The position numbers were made by a program, and so were the translations under genes. A stretch of DNA of 64,000 bases from positions 413,917 through 477,916 of the forward strand of contig CAWFYB010000002.1 in assembly GCA_963819955.1 (NCBI GenBank). The letters run 5' to 3'. This DNA comes from an uncultured Pseudomonadota bacterium. GTDB taxonomy: Bacteria; Pseudomonadota; Alphaproteobacteria; Rhizobiales; Xanthobacteraceae. The number at the start of each line of letters is the position of its first letter. The stretch's first letter is position 1. The notes under the pieces were generated by a model that did no database searches, was not told where the DNA came from, and was given only the letters and a program-made list of their open reading frames with translations. Below, piece by piece: positions 55,293-64,000 of this stretch.

Positions 55293-56420
55293 ATGCGCAC
55301 CGACCTGTTCGACTTCGATCTACCCGCCGACCGCATAGCGTTGCGGCCGGTTAGCCCGCGCGACGCGGCGCGGCTGTTGGTGGTCCGGCCAGGTGGGGCG
55401 CAAGGTCAAGAAGCGCTGGACGACCGCACGATGCGCGATCTGCCTGACCTTTTGCAGCCGGGCGATGCGCTGGTGGTCAACAACTCCAAGGTGATCGCGG
55501 CGCGGCTGAAAGGGCGGCGCATCGGGCGGGGCAGTGCCGAGCCCGCGATCGAGGCGACGCTGCACAAGCGCCTCGACGGCTCGCATTGGAAGGCCTTCAT
55601 CCTGGGCGCCAAGAAGGTGCAGGTCGGCGATACGCTGCGTTTCGGGGCCGAGGGGCGGGTCTGTTTCCTCGACGAGCTTGACGCTCAAGTTTCACATAAA
55701 GATGAGGGAGGGGAGATAACCCTTTCATTTTCCTTCCATGGTCCGGTGCTCGACCAGGCGATTGCCGAGCGCGGCGACATGCCTTTGCCGCCCTATATCG
55801 CCTCGCGCCGGGCGCCCGACGAGCAGGACAAAAGCGATTATCAGACGCTGTTTGCGCACGACGAGGGCTCGGTGGCGGCCCCAACCGCGGGCCTGCACTT
55901 CACCGGCGGCCTCTTGGCGCGGTTGGCCGCGCGCGGGATCGCCCTGCATAAAGTGACGCTGCACGTGGGCGCCGGCACCTTCCTGCCGGTGAAGACGGAC
56001 GAGATTGAAGGCCACAAGATGCACGCCGAGCTCGGCATGGTGCCGGCGGAGGTGGCCGAGGCATTGAATGAGGTGCGCGCCAGGGGCGGGCGCATCGTGG
56101 CGGTCGGCTCGACCGCGCTGCGGCTGTTGGAAAGCGCGGCCGAGGAGGACGGCACGCTCAAGGCTTATTCCGGCGAGACCGCGATCTTCATCACGCCCGG
56201 CTACCGGTTCCGCGCGGCCGACCTGATGCTGACGAATTTTCACCTGCCGCGCTCGACGCTGTTCATGCTGGTCTGCGCCTTCAGCGGGCTCGACACCATG
56301 AAACGCGCCTATGCCCATGCCATCGCGGCGGGCTATCGCTTCTATTCCTACGGCGACGCGTGTTTGCTGTATCCAGCAACGCCTCGTGTCCCGGATGCGG
56401 TGCAGCGCGAAACGAAGTGA
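55293..56420 (+). CDS. queA: S-adenosylmethionine:tRNA ribosyltransferase-isomerase
   Basis: [45 protein letters not shown]. Confidence 0.97.
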   Translation: MRTDLFDFDLPADRIALRPVSPRDAARLLVVRPGGAQGQEALDDRTMRDLPDLLQPGDALVVNNSKVIAARLKGRRIGRGSAEPAIEATLHKRLDGSHWKAFILGAKKVQVGDTLRFGAEGRVCFLDELDAQVSHKDEGGEITLSFSFHGPVLDQAIAERGDMPLPPYIASRRAPDEQDKSDYQTLFAHDEGSVAAPTAGLHFTGGLLARLAARGIALHKVTLHVGAGTFLPVKTDEIEGHKMHAELGMVPAEVAEALNEVRARGGRIVAVGSTALRLLESAAEEDGTLKAYSGETAIFITPGYRFRAADLMLTNFHLPRSTLFMLVCAFSGLDTMKRAYAHAIAAGYRFYSYGDACLLYPATPRVPDAVQRETK

Positions 56421-56583
56421 AGCGGTGCACCGCTGATCCGGGACCCAGCTTGTTTTAAAAACCGGGGTCCCGGGTCTGCACCCGCCTTCGCTAAAGCTCG
56501 GCGGGCAAGTGAGTAAGCCCGCCAAAGCCTTGGCGGCGGCGGGCAGCGCACCACTTCGTGCTGCGCTGCGCCCGGGACACGAG
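56383..56583. repeat. Palindrome family E (CTCGTGTCCCGG...CCGGGACACGAG) with a nested hairpin module
   Basis: 12-bp terminal inverted repeat; overlaps the queA stop codon. Confidence 0.8.
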
Positions 56584-56610
56584 TTGGTGCCGTTCTGATA
56601 TGAGTTCCTG

Positions 56611-57748
56611 ATGCCCGAGCCCTTCTCCTTCACCCTTCTCCAGACCGATGGCGCCGCCCGCCGCGGCGAGATCGTCACGCCGCACGGGCGGGTGCAGACG
56701 CCGGCCTTCATGCCGGTCGGCACGCAAGGCACGGTGAAGGGGCTGACGCCGGATATCGTGCGCGGAACCGGCGCCGAGATCGTGCTCGGCAATACCTATC
56801 ATCTGATGCTCAGGCCCGGCGCCGAGCGCATCGCCGCGCTCGGCGGGTTGCACGAATTCATGCAATGGCCGCTGCCGATCCTGACCGACAGCGGCGGTTT
56901 CCAGGTAATGTCGCTGTCGAGCTTGCGCAAGCTCGACGAGCGCGGCGTGACATTCCGCTCCCATCTCGACGGCGCCATGGTGGCGCTCAGCCCCGAGCGC
57001 GCCATCGAGATCCAGGCGCTGCTCGGCGCCGACATCGCCATGCAGCTCGACGAATGCCTGCGGCTGCCGGCCGCCCTCGACGAGATCAAGCGCGCCATGG
57101 AATTGTCGCTGCGCTGGGCGGAGCGTTCCAAGCGCGCCTTCGAGAGCCGCGCGCGCGAAGGCTACGCCCTGTTCGGCATCGTGCAGGGCGGCGACGTCAT
57201 GACGTTGCGGGAGACGAGCGCGCGCGCGCTGACGGCAATCGACTTCCACGGCTACGCCATCGGCGGGCTGGCGGTCGGCGAGCCGCAGGACGTGATGCTC
57301 AAGATCGTGGAGGAAACCGCGCCCATGCTGCCGGCGGAGCGCCCGCGCTATCTGATGGGCGTCGGCACGCCGCACGATCTCCTGGAAGCGGTGGCGCGCG
57401 GCATCGACATGTTCGACTGCGTGCTGCCGACGCGCAACGGCCGCCACGGCATGGCCTTCACCCGCTGCGGACCCATCAATCTCGCCAATGCCCGCCACGC
57501 GGCCGACCCGCGCCCGCTCGACGAGCAGAGCGCGCATCCGGCGGCGCGCACCTATTCGCGCGCCTATCTGCACCACCTCACCAAGGCCAACGAGATGCTC
57601 GGGGCGGTGCTGCTTTCCACCGTCAATCTCGCCTATTACCAGGAACTGATGGCCGGCATGCGCGCGGCCATCGCCGCCGGTAATTTTGCCGGGTTCCGGG
57701 CGGAAACCTTAGGCCGTATGGGAACAGGGCGATATCCCGGCGCTCTAG
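56611..57748 (+). CDS. tgt: tRNA-guanine transglycosylase (3' frameshift near 57715)
   Basis: [42 protein letters not shown]; alternate frame ends WEQGDIPAL*. Confidence 0.97.
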
Positions 57749-57817
57749 GGGCTGCTCGACGGCCTGCGCGCTTAGGCGCAATATGCGGAACCTGCGGACT
57801 GAAATATCCCGCCTGCC

Positions 57818-58288
57818 ATGGCGCTGACCCTGAAAGTCAACGGCAAGAGCCACCGTGTCGAGGCCGCGCCCGACACGCCGCTCATCTATGTGCTGCGCAA
57901 CGATCTTGCGCTCAACGGCGCCAAGTTCGGCTGCGGGCTGGCGCAATGCGGCACTTGCACGGTGCTGATCGACGGCAAGGCGGCGCTATCTTGCGTCACG
58001 GCGGCGGGCAGCGTGACCGATGCCGAGATCGTCACGCTGGAAGGGCTCGGCACGATCGACAATCCGCATCCCTTGCAGCGCGCCTTCATCGAGGAACAGG
58101 CGGCGCAATGCGGCTACTGCGTGCCGGGCATGATCATGGCGGCGATGGACCTGCTCAAGCGCAATCCCAAGCCGAAAGCCCACGAGGTACATGAGGCGCT
58201 CGCCGGAAATCTCTGCCGCTGCGGCACGCACCCCCGCATCGTCCGCGCGGTGCTGCGCGCCGCGCGCGAAATGGCGAGGGGACCATGA
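57818..58288 (+). CDS. (2Fe-2S) small subunit of a xanthine-dehydrogenase-family enzyme
   Basis: [26 protein letters not shown]. Confidence 0.95.
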   Translation: MALTLKVNGKSHRVEAAPDTPLIYVLRNDLALNGAKFGCGLAQCGTCTVLIDGKAALSCVTAAGSVTDAEIVTLEGLGTIDNPHPLQRAFIEEQAAQCGYCVPGMIMAAMDLLKRNPKPKAHEVHEALAGNLCRCGTHPRIVRAVLRAAREMARGP

Positions 58289-60477
58289 GGCAGCTCACCC
58301 GCCGCCAGTTCGCCGCGGCCGCGGCCGGCGGCATCGTCATCGCCTTCAGCCTGCGCGGGCGCCCGCGTGCGCAGCAGCGTGCGGCGCTGCCGGGCAGCCT
58401 GGCGCGCCATCGCTTGCTCGATGCCTGGCTGCGCATCAATCCGGACGGCACCGCCACCATTTTCACCGGCAAGGTCGAGCTCGGCCAGGGCATCCTCACC
58501 GCGCTGACGCAGATCGCGGCGGAAGAGCTCAACATGCAGCCGGCGCAGATCGGCATGATTTCCGGCGACACCGCGCGCACGCCGGACGAAGGCTTCACCT
58601 CCGGCAGCCGCTCGATCGAGGACAGCGGCGCCGCCATCCGCGCGGCTTGCGCGGAGGCGCGCGACATCATGATCAGAATGGCGGCCGACCGGCTGCGCTG
58701 GTCGTTCGACGAATTGAGCGTGCAGGACGGCGTCATCTATGCGCCGGGCATGCGCACGGTGAGCTATGCGGAGCTGGCAGGCACGGTCGACCTGCACCGG
58801 CCGGCGACCGGCAAGGTGGAGCCGACGCCGGCCGGCGGCCACCGCATCGTCGGCAAGGCGGTCAAGCGCCGCGACATCCCGGGCAAGGTCACGGGGGCGT
58901 CTGTCTATGTGCAGGACCTGCGGCCGCCCGGCATGCTGCATGGGCGCGTGCTGCGGCCGCCGCGCTATCGCGGCATTCTCGCCAAGGCCGATATCGCAGG
59001 CACCAAGGCGCTGCCGGGGGTGGTCGCGGTGGTGCGCGACGGCTCGTTTCTCGGCGTCATCGCAAGCCGCGAGGAGCAGGCGGTCGCCGCGCGCGCGCAT
59101 CTCAAGCGTAACGCCGAGTGGATCGGCGGCGACGATTTGCCCGATCATCGCAAGCTCTATGACGATCTCATCAATGCGGCGAGCCAGGACCAGGCGGTGA
59201 GCGAGAAAAAAGCGCCGCCGCCCGCCGGCATCGCCCGCGTGTTCGAGGCGACCTACACCAAGCCCTATACCGCGCATGCCGCGATGGCGCCGTCCTGCGC
59301 GATGGCGCAATTCGCCGACGGCAGCCTGACGGTGTGGACGCACAGCCAGGGCGTGTTCCCGCTGCGGCGCGATCTCGCCGGCGCGCTGAAGATGAGCGCG
59401 GAGGCGATCCGCTGCGTGCATGTCGAAGGCGCCGGCTGCTACGGCCACAACGGCGCCGACGACGCAGCCCTCGACGCAGCGCTTTTGGCGCGCGCGATGC
59501 CGGGCCAGCCGGTGCGGGTGCAATGGATGCGCGACGACGAATTCGCCTGGGAGCCCTATGGGCCGGCCATGGTGATGAAGGCCAAGGCCTCGCTTGCCGG
59601 CGGCAAGGTCGCCGACTGGGCTTACGACGTCTGGAGCACCACGCACGGCACGCGGCCGGGCGCGGGCGGCGGCAATAATCTGCTGGCGAGTTGGTATATG
59701 GCGCAGCCGCTCACGCCGGCGCAAGGCACGGGCTTCGGGGCGGCGCGCAACGCCGCGCCGCTTTACGCCTTTGCCGGAGAGCGCGTCACCAATCATTTCG
59801 TGGCGGCGGCGCCGTTGCGCGTCTCCGCGCTGCGCTCGCTCGGCGCTTACGCCAATGTGTTCGCGATCGAGTCCTTCATGGACGAGCTGGCGGCGGCGGC
59901 CAAGGTCGATCCGGTGGCGTTTCGTCTCGCGCATCTGAACGACAAGCGCGCGCGGGCGGTGATCGAAGCGGCGGCCAAGGCAGCGGAATGGAAACCGACC
60001 GACAAAGGCGACGGCATCCGCGGGCGTGGGCTAGGCTTTGCCCGCTACAAGAACGCGGCGGCCTATGTGGCGGTGATCGCCCAGGTCTCGCTCAACCGTG
60101 CCAGCGGCGAGATGCAGGTGGTGCGCGCGCATGCCGCAGTCGATGCCGGGCAGGTCATCAATCCGGACGGGCTCACGAACCAGATCGAGGGCGGCATCGT
60201 GCAGGCGACCAGTTGGACGCTGCGCGAGCAGGTGAAATTCGATGCTACGGGGATTGTCTCACGCGACTGGCTTGGCTATCCGATCCTCACCATGCCGGAG
60301 GTGCCCGAGGTACAGACCGTGTTGTTGGACCGTCCCGACCTGCCTGCGCTCGGCGTGGGCGAGGCGTCGCTCGGGCCGGCGGCCGCGGCGATCGCCAACG
60401 CTTTCGCACACGCCACGGGCAAGCGGATGCGCGATCTGCCGTTCACCCCGGCGCGGGTGAAGGCGGCGCTCAAATGA
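58285..60477 (+). CDS. Molybdopterin large subunit (isoquinoline/nicotinate dehydrogenase-like), Tat signal
   Basis: LTRRQF, GKVELGQG, FAIESFMDELA, QIEGG, GVGE. Confidence 0.93.
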   Translation: MRQLTRRQFAAAAAGGIVIAFSLRGRPRAQQRAALPGSLARHRLLDAWLRINPDGTATIFTGKVELGQGILTALTQIAAEELNMQPAQIGMISGDTARTPDEGFTSGSRSIEDSGAAIRAACAEARDIMIRMAADRLRWSFDELSVQDGVIYAPGMRTVSYAELAGTVDLHRPATGKVEPTPAGGHRIVGKAVKRRDIPGKVTGASVYVQDLRPPGMLHGRVLRPPRYRGILAKADIAGTKALPGVVAVVRDGSFLGVIASREEQAVAARAHLKRNAEWIGGDDLPDHRKLYDDLINAASQDQAVSEKKAPPPAGIARVFEATYTKPYTAHAAMAPSCAMAQFADGSLTVWTHSQGVFPLRRDLAGALKMSAEAIRCVHVEGAGCYGHNGADDAALDAALLARAMPGQPVRVQWMRDDEFAWEPYGPAMVMKAKASLAGGKVADWAYDVWSTTHGTRPGAGGGNNLLASWYMAQPLTPAQGTGFGAARNAAPLYAFAGERVTNHFVAAAPLRVSALRSLGAYANVFAIESFMDELAAAAKVDPVAFRLAHLNDKRARAVIEAAAKAAEWKPTDKGDGIRGRGLGFARYKNAAAYVAVIAQVSLNRASGEMQVVRAHAAVDAGQVINPDGLTNQIEGGIVQATSWTLREQVKFDATGIVSRDWLGYPILTMPEVPEVQTVLLDRPDLPALGVGEASLGPAAAAIANAFAHATGKRMRDLPFTPARVKAALK

Positions 60478-61346
60478 ACGTGCAGGGCGAATTCGGCGCG
60501 TTCCTCAAGCGCCGGCGCAAGCCGCGCTTTGCGCTGCCGCCGGGGGCGACCGACGCGCATTGCCATGTGTTCGGGCCAGGTGAGCGCTTTCCCTATGCGC
60601 CCGGGCGGCGCTATACGCCGGAGGATGCGCCCAAGGAGATGCTGCGCGCGCTGCACGATCATCTTGGCGTTGCGCGCGCGGTGATCGTGCAGGCGAGCTG
60701 CCACGGCAGCGACAATGCCGCCATGCTCGACTGCATCGCCTCCGACCCGCAGCGCTATCGCGGCGTCGCCATCGTCGACGACACATTCACCGACAAGGAT
60801 TTCGACGCGCTGCATGCCGGGGGCGTGCGCGGCGTGCGCTTCAATTTCGTCAAGCATCTGGGCGGGGCGCCCGACATGGCCGTGTTCGCGCGCGTCATCG
60901 ACCGCATTAAGCAGCGCGGCTGGCACGTGGTGCTTCACCTCGATGCGCCCAGCATCATTCCGCTGTCGGACATGATCCGCAAACTCCCGCTGCCCTTCGT
61001 GATCGACCATATGGGGCGGGTGCCGGGCGGGGATGGTGTGGTGCAGCCGGCGCTCATGGCGCTATTGGAGCTGACGAAGCAGGAGAATTGCTGGATCAAG
61101 GTGTGCGGGGCCGAGCGCATCTCGTTGCCGCCCTATGCGGAGGCGGTGCCGATCGCCCACGCCATCGTTGAGGCGGCGCCGAGCCGCGTGCTGTGGGGCA
61201 CGGATTTTCCCCATCCCAATGCGACGCACGAGGCCGACGAGGCCGATCTGGTCGATCTGGTTCCGCAATACGCGCCCGATGCGCTGACGCAAAAGCGGCT
61301 GCTGGTGGACAATCCGGCGCGGCTTTACGGCTTTTCGGCGCGTTAG
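60474..61346 (+). CDS. Amidohydrolase_2 family, 2-pyrone-4,6-dicarboxylate lactonase (LigI)-like
   Basis: DAHCHVFGP, VQASCHGSDN, RGVRFNF, IDHMGR, WGTDFPHP. Confidence 0.88.
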   Translation: MNVQGEFGAFLKRRRKPRFALPPGATDAHCHVFGPGERFPYAPGRRYTPEDAPKEMLRALHDHLGVARAVIVQASCHGSDNAAMLDCIASDPQRYRGVAIVDDTFTDKDFDALHAGGVRGVRFNFVKHLGGAPDMAVFARVIDRIKQRGWHVVLHLDAPSIIPLSDMIRKLPLPFVIDHMGRVPGGDGVVQPALMALLELTKQENCWIKVCGAERISLPPYAEAVPIAHAIVEAAPSRVLWGTDFPHPNATHEADEADLVDLVPQYAPDALTQKRLLVDNPARLYGFSAR

Positions 61347-61350
61347 CCCG

Positions 61351-62020
61351 ATGGACTGGTCGCAGTCGATCGATCTTTACTGCGAGCGCACCGATCCGTC
61401 GTTTTGGGCGGAGCCGGTCAACGCCGTCAGCAATATCGCCTTCCTGCTCGCGGCGGCGGCGGCCTTCTGGCAGTACCGCCGCGCCGGTGGCCGCGATTGG
61501 CCGGTAGCGGCGCTGATCGCGCTCGCCGCCGTGGTGGGCGTCGGCTCCTTCATCTTCCACACCGTGGCGACGCGCTGGGCAGCGCTGTGCGACACCATTC
61601 CGATTGCCGTCTTCATCTACAGCTATCTGCTGTTCGCGCTGCGGCGTTACTTCGGGCTGTCGCTCGCGGTCAGCATTGCGTCTGCTCATCGGCTTTGCCG
61701 CCTTGACCTTTGCCGAGGCGACGCTGGTGCCGCCGGCGACGCTCAACGGCTCGCATGCCTATCTGCCGGCGCTCGCCGCCACATTCGTCGTCGGCTGGCT
61801 GGCGCCCGGGCGGGCCGGACGCCTGATATTCGCCGGCGCGGTGATCTTTGCGCTCTCGGTCGTGTTCCGCACCGTCGACAACGCGGTCTGCCCGGAATTC
61901 CCGCTCGGCACGCATTTCGTCTGGCATTGCCTCAACGCCGTGCTGCTCTATCTGCTGCTGCGCGCGGCGCTCGTTGCGCCCGCCGCCGCCTGGAAAACCG
62001 GCGGCGTGCCGACGAATTAG
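61351..62020 (+). CDS. Ceramidase-domain (CREST) membrane protein (frameshift near 61680)
   Basis: YCERTDPSFWAEPVNAVSN, GSFIFHT, GTHFVWHCLNA. Confidence 0.88.
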
Positions 62021-62065
62021 GCGCAGGGCTTCTCCCGAACTCTCGCAGAATCAATGACTTGCTGC

Positions 62066-62080
62066 TGGCATAGCGCTTGC
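62066..62080 (+). promoter_or_regulatory. Sigma54 (-24/-12) promoter
   Basis: TGGCATAGCGCTTGC, with exact GG-N10-GC spacing, 55 bp before the ABC operon. Confidence 0.75.
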
Positions 62081-62134
62081 TTGCCAGTATTACGGTTTCG
62101 CCAATCCGTAATACTCGCAACGCAGGAGCTTTCG

Positions 62135-63118
62135 ATGACGCGCAGAGCAGGCATCGGTTTCGCCCTCGGCCTCATGCTATTCGCCGCCATGGGCGCGCGG
62201 CCGAGTTCGGCTGCGACAATGACCATCGGTTACAGCGATTGGCCGGGCTGGGTGGCTTGGCAGGTCGCCATCGACAAGGGCTGGCTGAAGGAGGCCGGCC
62301 TCGACGTGAAATTCCAGTGGTTCGACTATTCGGCCTCGATGGACGCCTTCACCGCCGGCAAGATCGACGCCGACCTGATGACCAACGGCGACACGCTGGT
62401 CACCGGCGCCGGCGGCGGCAAGGGCGTCATGATCATGCTGACGGACTATTCCAACGGCAACGACATGATCGTCGCCAAGCCGGGCATCAAGAGCTTGAAG
62501 GCGCTCAAGGGCAAGAAGATCGGGCTCGAGCTCGGGCTGGTCGAGCATCTGCTGCTGCTCAACGGCCTGAAGAAGAACGGCATGAGCGAGAAGGACGTCA
62601 CGCTGGTCAATTCCAAGACCAACGAGACGCCGCAGGTGCTCGGCTCCGGCCAGGTGGACGCGATCGGCGCCTGGCAGCCGGTATCGGGCCAGGCGATGAA
62701 GGCGCTGCCGGGTTCGCGGCCGGTCTACACCTCGGCGCAGGCGCCCGGCTTGATCTACGACGTGCTGGCCGTCAATCCGACCAAGCTCGCCGCGCATAAG
62801 GCCGACTGGATCAAGCTGATCAAGGTCTGGGACCGCGTGGTGCACTACATCAACGATCCCAAGACGCAACCCGATGCGCTCAAGATCATGTCGGCGCGCG
62901 TCGGCCTGACGCCGGCGGCCTACAAGCCGCTCTTGAAAGGCACCCACCTGATCGACGTCAAGGAGGGCAAGAAGAGGTTCAAGAAGGGCGAGGGCCTCGC
63001 CTCGCTCTATGGCTCCTCGCATATCGCCGACGACTTCAACGTCGCCAACGCCGTCTACAAGACGCATCAGGATGTCGAGAGCTATATCGACGCTTCACTG
63101 ACCGACGCGGTGAAATAG
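62135..63118 (+). CDS. NitT/TauT-family ABC substrate-binding protein (similar to urea-carboxylase-associated transporters)
   Basis: Signal peptide; IGYSDWPGW, DYSNGND, WQP. Confidence 0.88.
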   Translation: MTRRAGIGFALGLMLFAAMGARPSSAATMTIGYSDWPGWVAWQVAIDKGWLKEAGLDVKFQWFDYSASMDAFTAGKIDADLMTNGDTLVTGAGGGKGVMIMLTDYSNGNDMIVAKPGIKSLKALKGKKIGLELGLVEHLLLLNGLKKNGMSEKDVTLVNSKTNETPQVLGSGQVDAIGAWQPVSGQAMKALPGSRPVYTSAQAPGLIYDVLAVNPTKLAAHKADWIKLIKVWDRVVHYINDPKTQPDALKIMSARVGLTPAAYKPLLKGTHLIDVKEGKKRFKKGEGLASLYGSSHIADDFNVANAVYKTHQDVESYIDASLTDAVK

Positions 63119-63150
63119 CGGCAAGTCACTCCGGCCGGGGAGTAGTCACG

Positions 63151-64000
63151 ATGAAGCGGAAAGGGTGGTTCCGAGTTCTCCGCCCGCTCTCGCCGCGCGC
63201 CAGGCTCATGTTCGGCACCCTGTCTTTCGTGCTGCCGATCGTGTTCTGGAGCATCGTCGAGCTACGTCCCGGCCGTCTGGCATCCGCAGATGCTGGTGAC
63301 CGATCCCGGCTCGGTCGAGTATCTGCAGCCCGGCATGCGCATGAACAAGGCGGCCTTCGCCGACGCGGTGGAGGAGGCGGAAGCCGCGCACAAGGCGCCG
63401 CCCAAGGGCGTGCCGAGCAATCCGATCTATCTGCCGGCGCCGCACGAGGTGGCGATGGCGCTCTACACCTCTTTCACCACCCCGCCGCCGACCAAGGACA
63501 GTGCCTTGGCTGCAGCCAGAGCCTGTGGCACAGCATCCAGGTGATCTTCTGGGGCTTCGTGATCTCGTCCGCGCTCGGCGTGCCGCTCGGCATCCTGTGC
63601 GGCACCTATGCGGGCTTCGCGCGGCTGAACGAGCCGTTCATCGAGTTCTTCCGCTATCTGCCGGCGCCGGCCTTCGGCGCGCTGGCGGTGGCCATTCTCG
63701 GCATCTATGACGGGCCGAAGATCACCATCATCGTCATCGGCACCTTCTTCCAGCAGGTGCTGATCATCGCCAATACCACGCGCAAGCTCGACGTGGCCCT
63801 GGTGGAGGCGGCGCTCACGCTCGGCACCAAGAAGCTGAAACTGCTCTCGCGCGTGGTCATTCCCGGCATTCTGCCCGACCTTTACCGCGACCAGCGCATC
63901 CTGCTCGGCTGGGCCTGGACCTACCTGATCGTCGCCGAGCTGATCGGCACCACCACCGGCATCACCTGGTTCATCACCCAGCAGGCGCGCTACCAGCATT
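63151..64000 (+). CDS. NitT/TauT-family ABC permease (frameshifts; truncated by window edge)
   Basis: YLPAPHEV, FIEFFRYLPAPAF, LVEAALTLG, GWAWTYLIVAE. Confidence 0.88.
   Translation, partial: MKRKGWFRVLRPLSPRARLMFGTLSFVLPIVFWSIVELRPGRLASADAGDRSRLGRVSAARHAHEQGGLRRRGGGGGSRAQGAAQGRAEQSDLSAGAARGGDGALHLFHHPAADQGQCLGCSQSLWHSIQVIFWGFVISSALGVPLGILCGTYAGFARLNEPFIEFFRYLPAPAFGALAVAILGIYDGPKITIIVIGTFFQQVLIIANTTRKLDVALVEAALTLGTKKLKLLSRVVIPGILPDLYRDQRILLGWAWTYLIVAELIGTTTGITWFITQQARYQH

Overview
High-GC alphaproteobacterial chromosome segment; gene order and repeat families suggest Hyphomicrobiales (Xanthobacteraceae/Nitrobacteraceae-like). Most of it is conserved backbone: argS-SPOR-nagZ-scpAB-tatABC-serS-surE-pcm-nlpD, yajC-secDF, trmFO, uvrA, ssb, gyrA, coaD, two cyclophilins, queA-tgt, a two-subunit molybdenum hydroxylase and a sigma54-driven ABC transporter. 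Many single-base frameshifts fall in essential genes, which points to an unpolished long-read consensus. Accessory parts: (i) 1-2.2 kb, an IS630 end inside a palindromic repeat, toxin-antitoxin remnants and a low-GC tandem Lrp/AsnC ligand-domain gene; (ii) ~33.5-41.2 kb, a low-GC island. Removing its three IS256 copies and one IS5-family element at their target duplications leaves a two-gene operon, an adenosine-deaminase-family enzyme plus a 2TM-GAF membrane protein. This is the best candidate for an undescribed nucleotide-signalling or anti-phage system; (iii) a SorAB-like sulfite dehydrogenase pair, a porin and an end-less IS630 fragment between uvrA and ssb, each of which has a LexA box. 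Also notable: a ~580-bp structured non-coding element (20.9-21.5 kb) and at least six families of intergenic palindromes, one inserted in frame inside uvrA.
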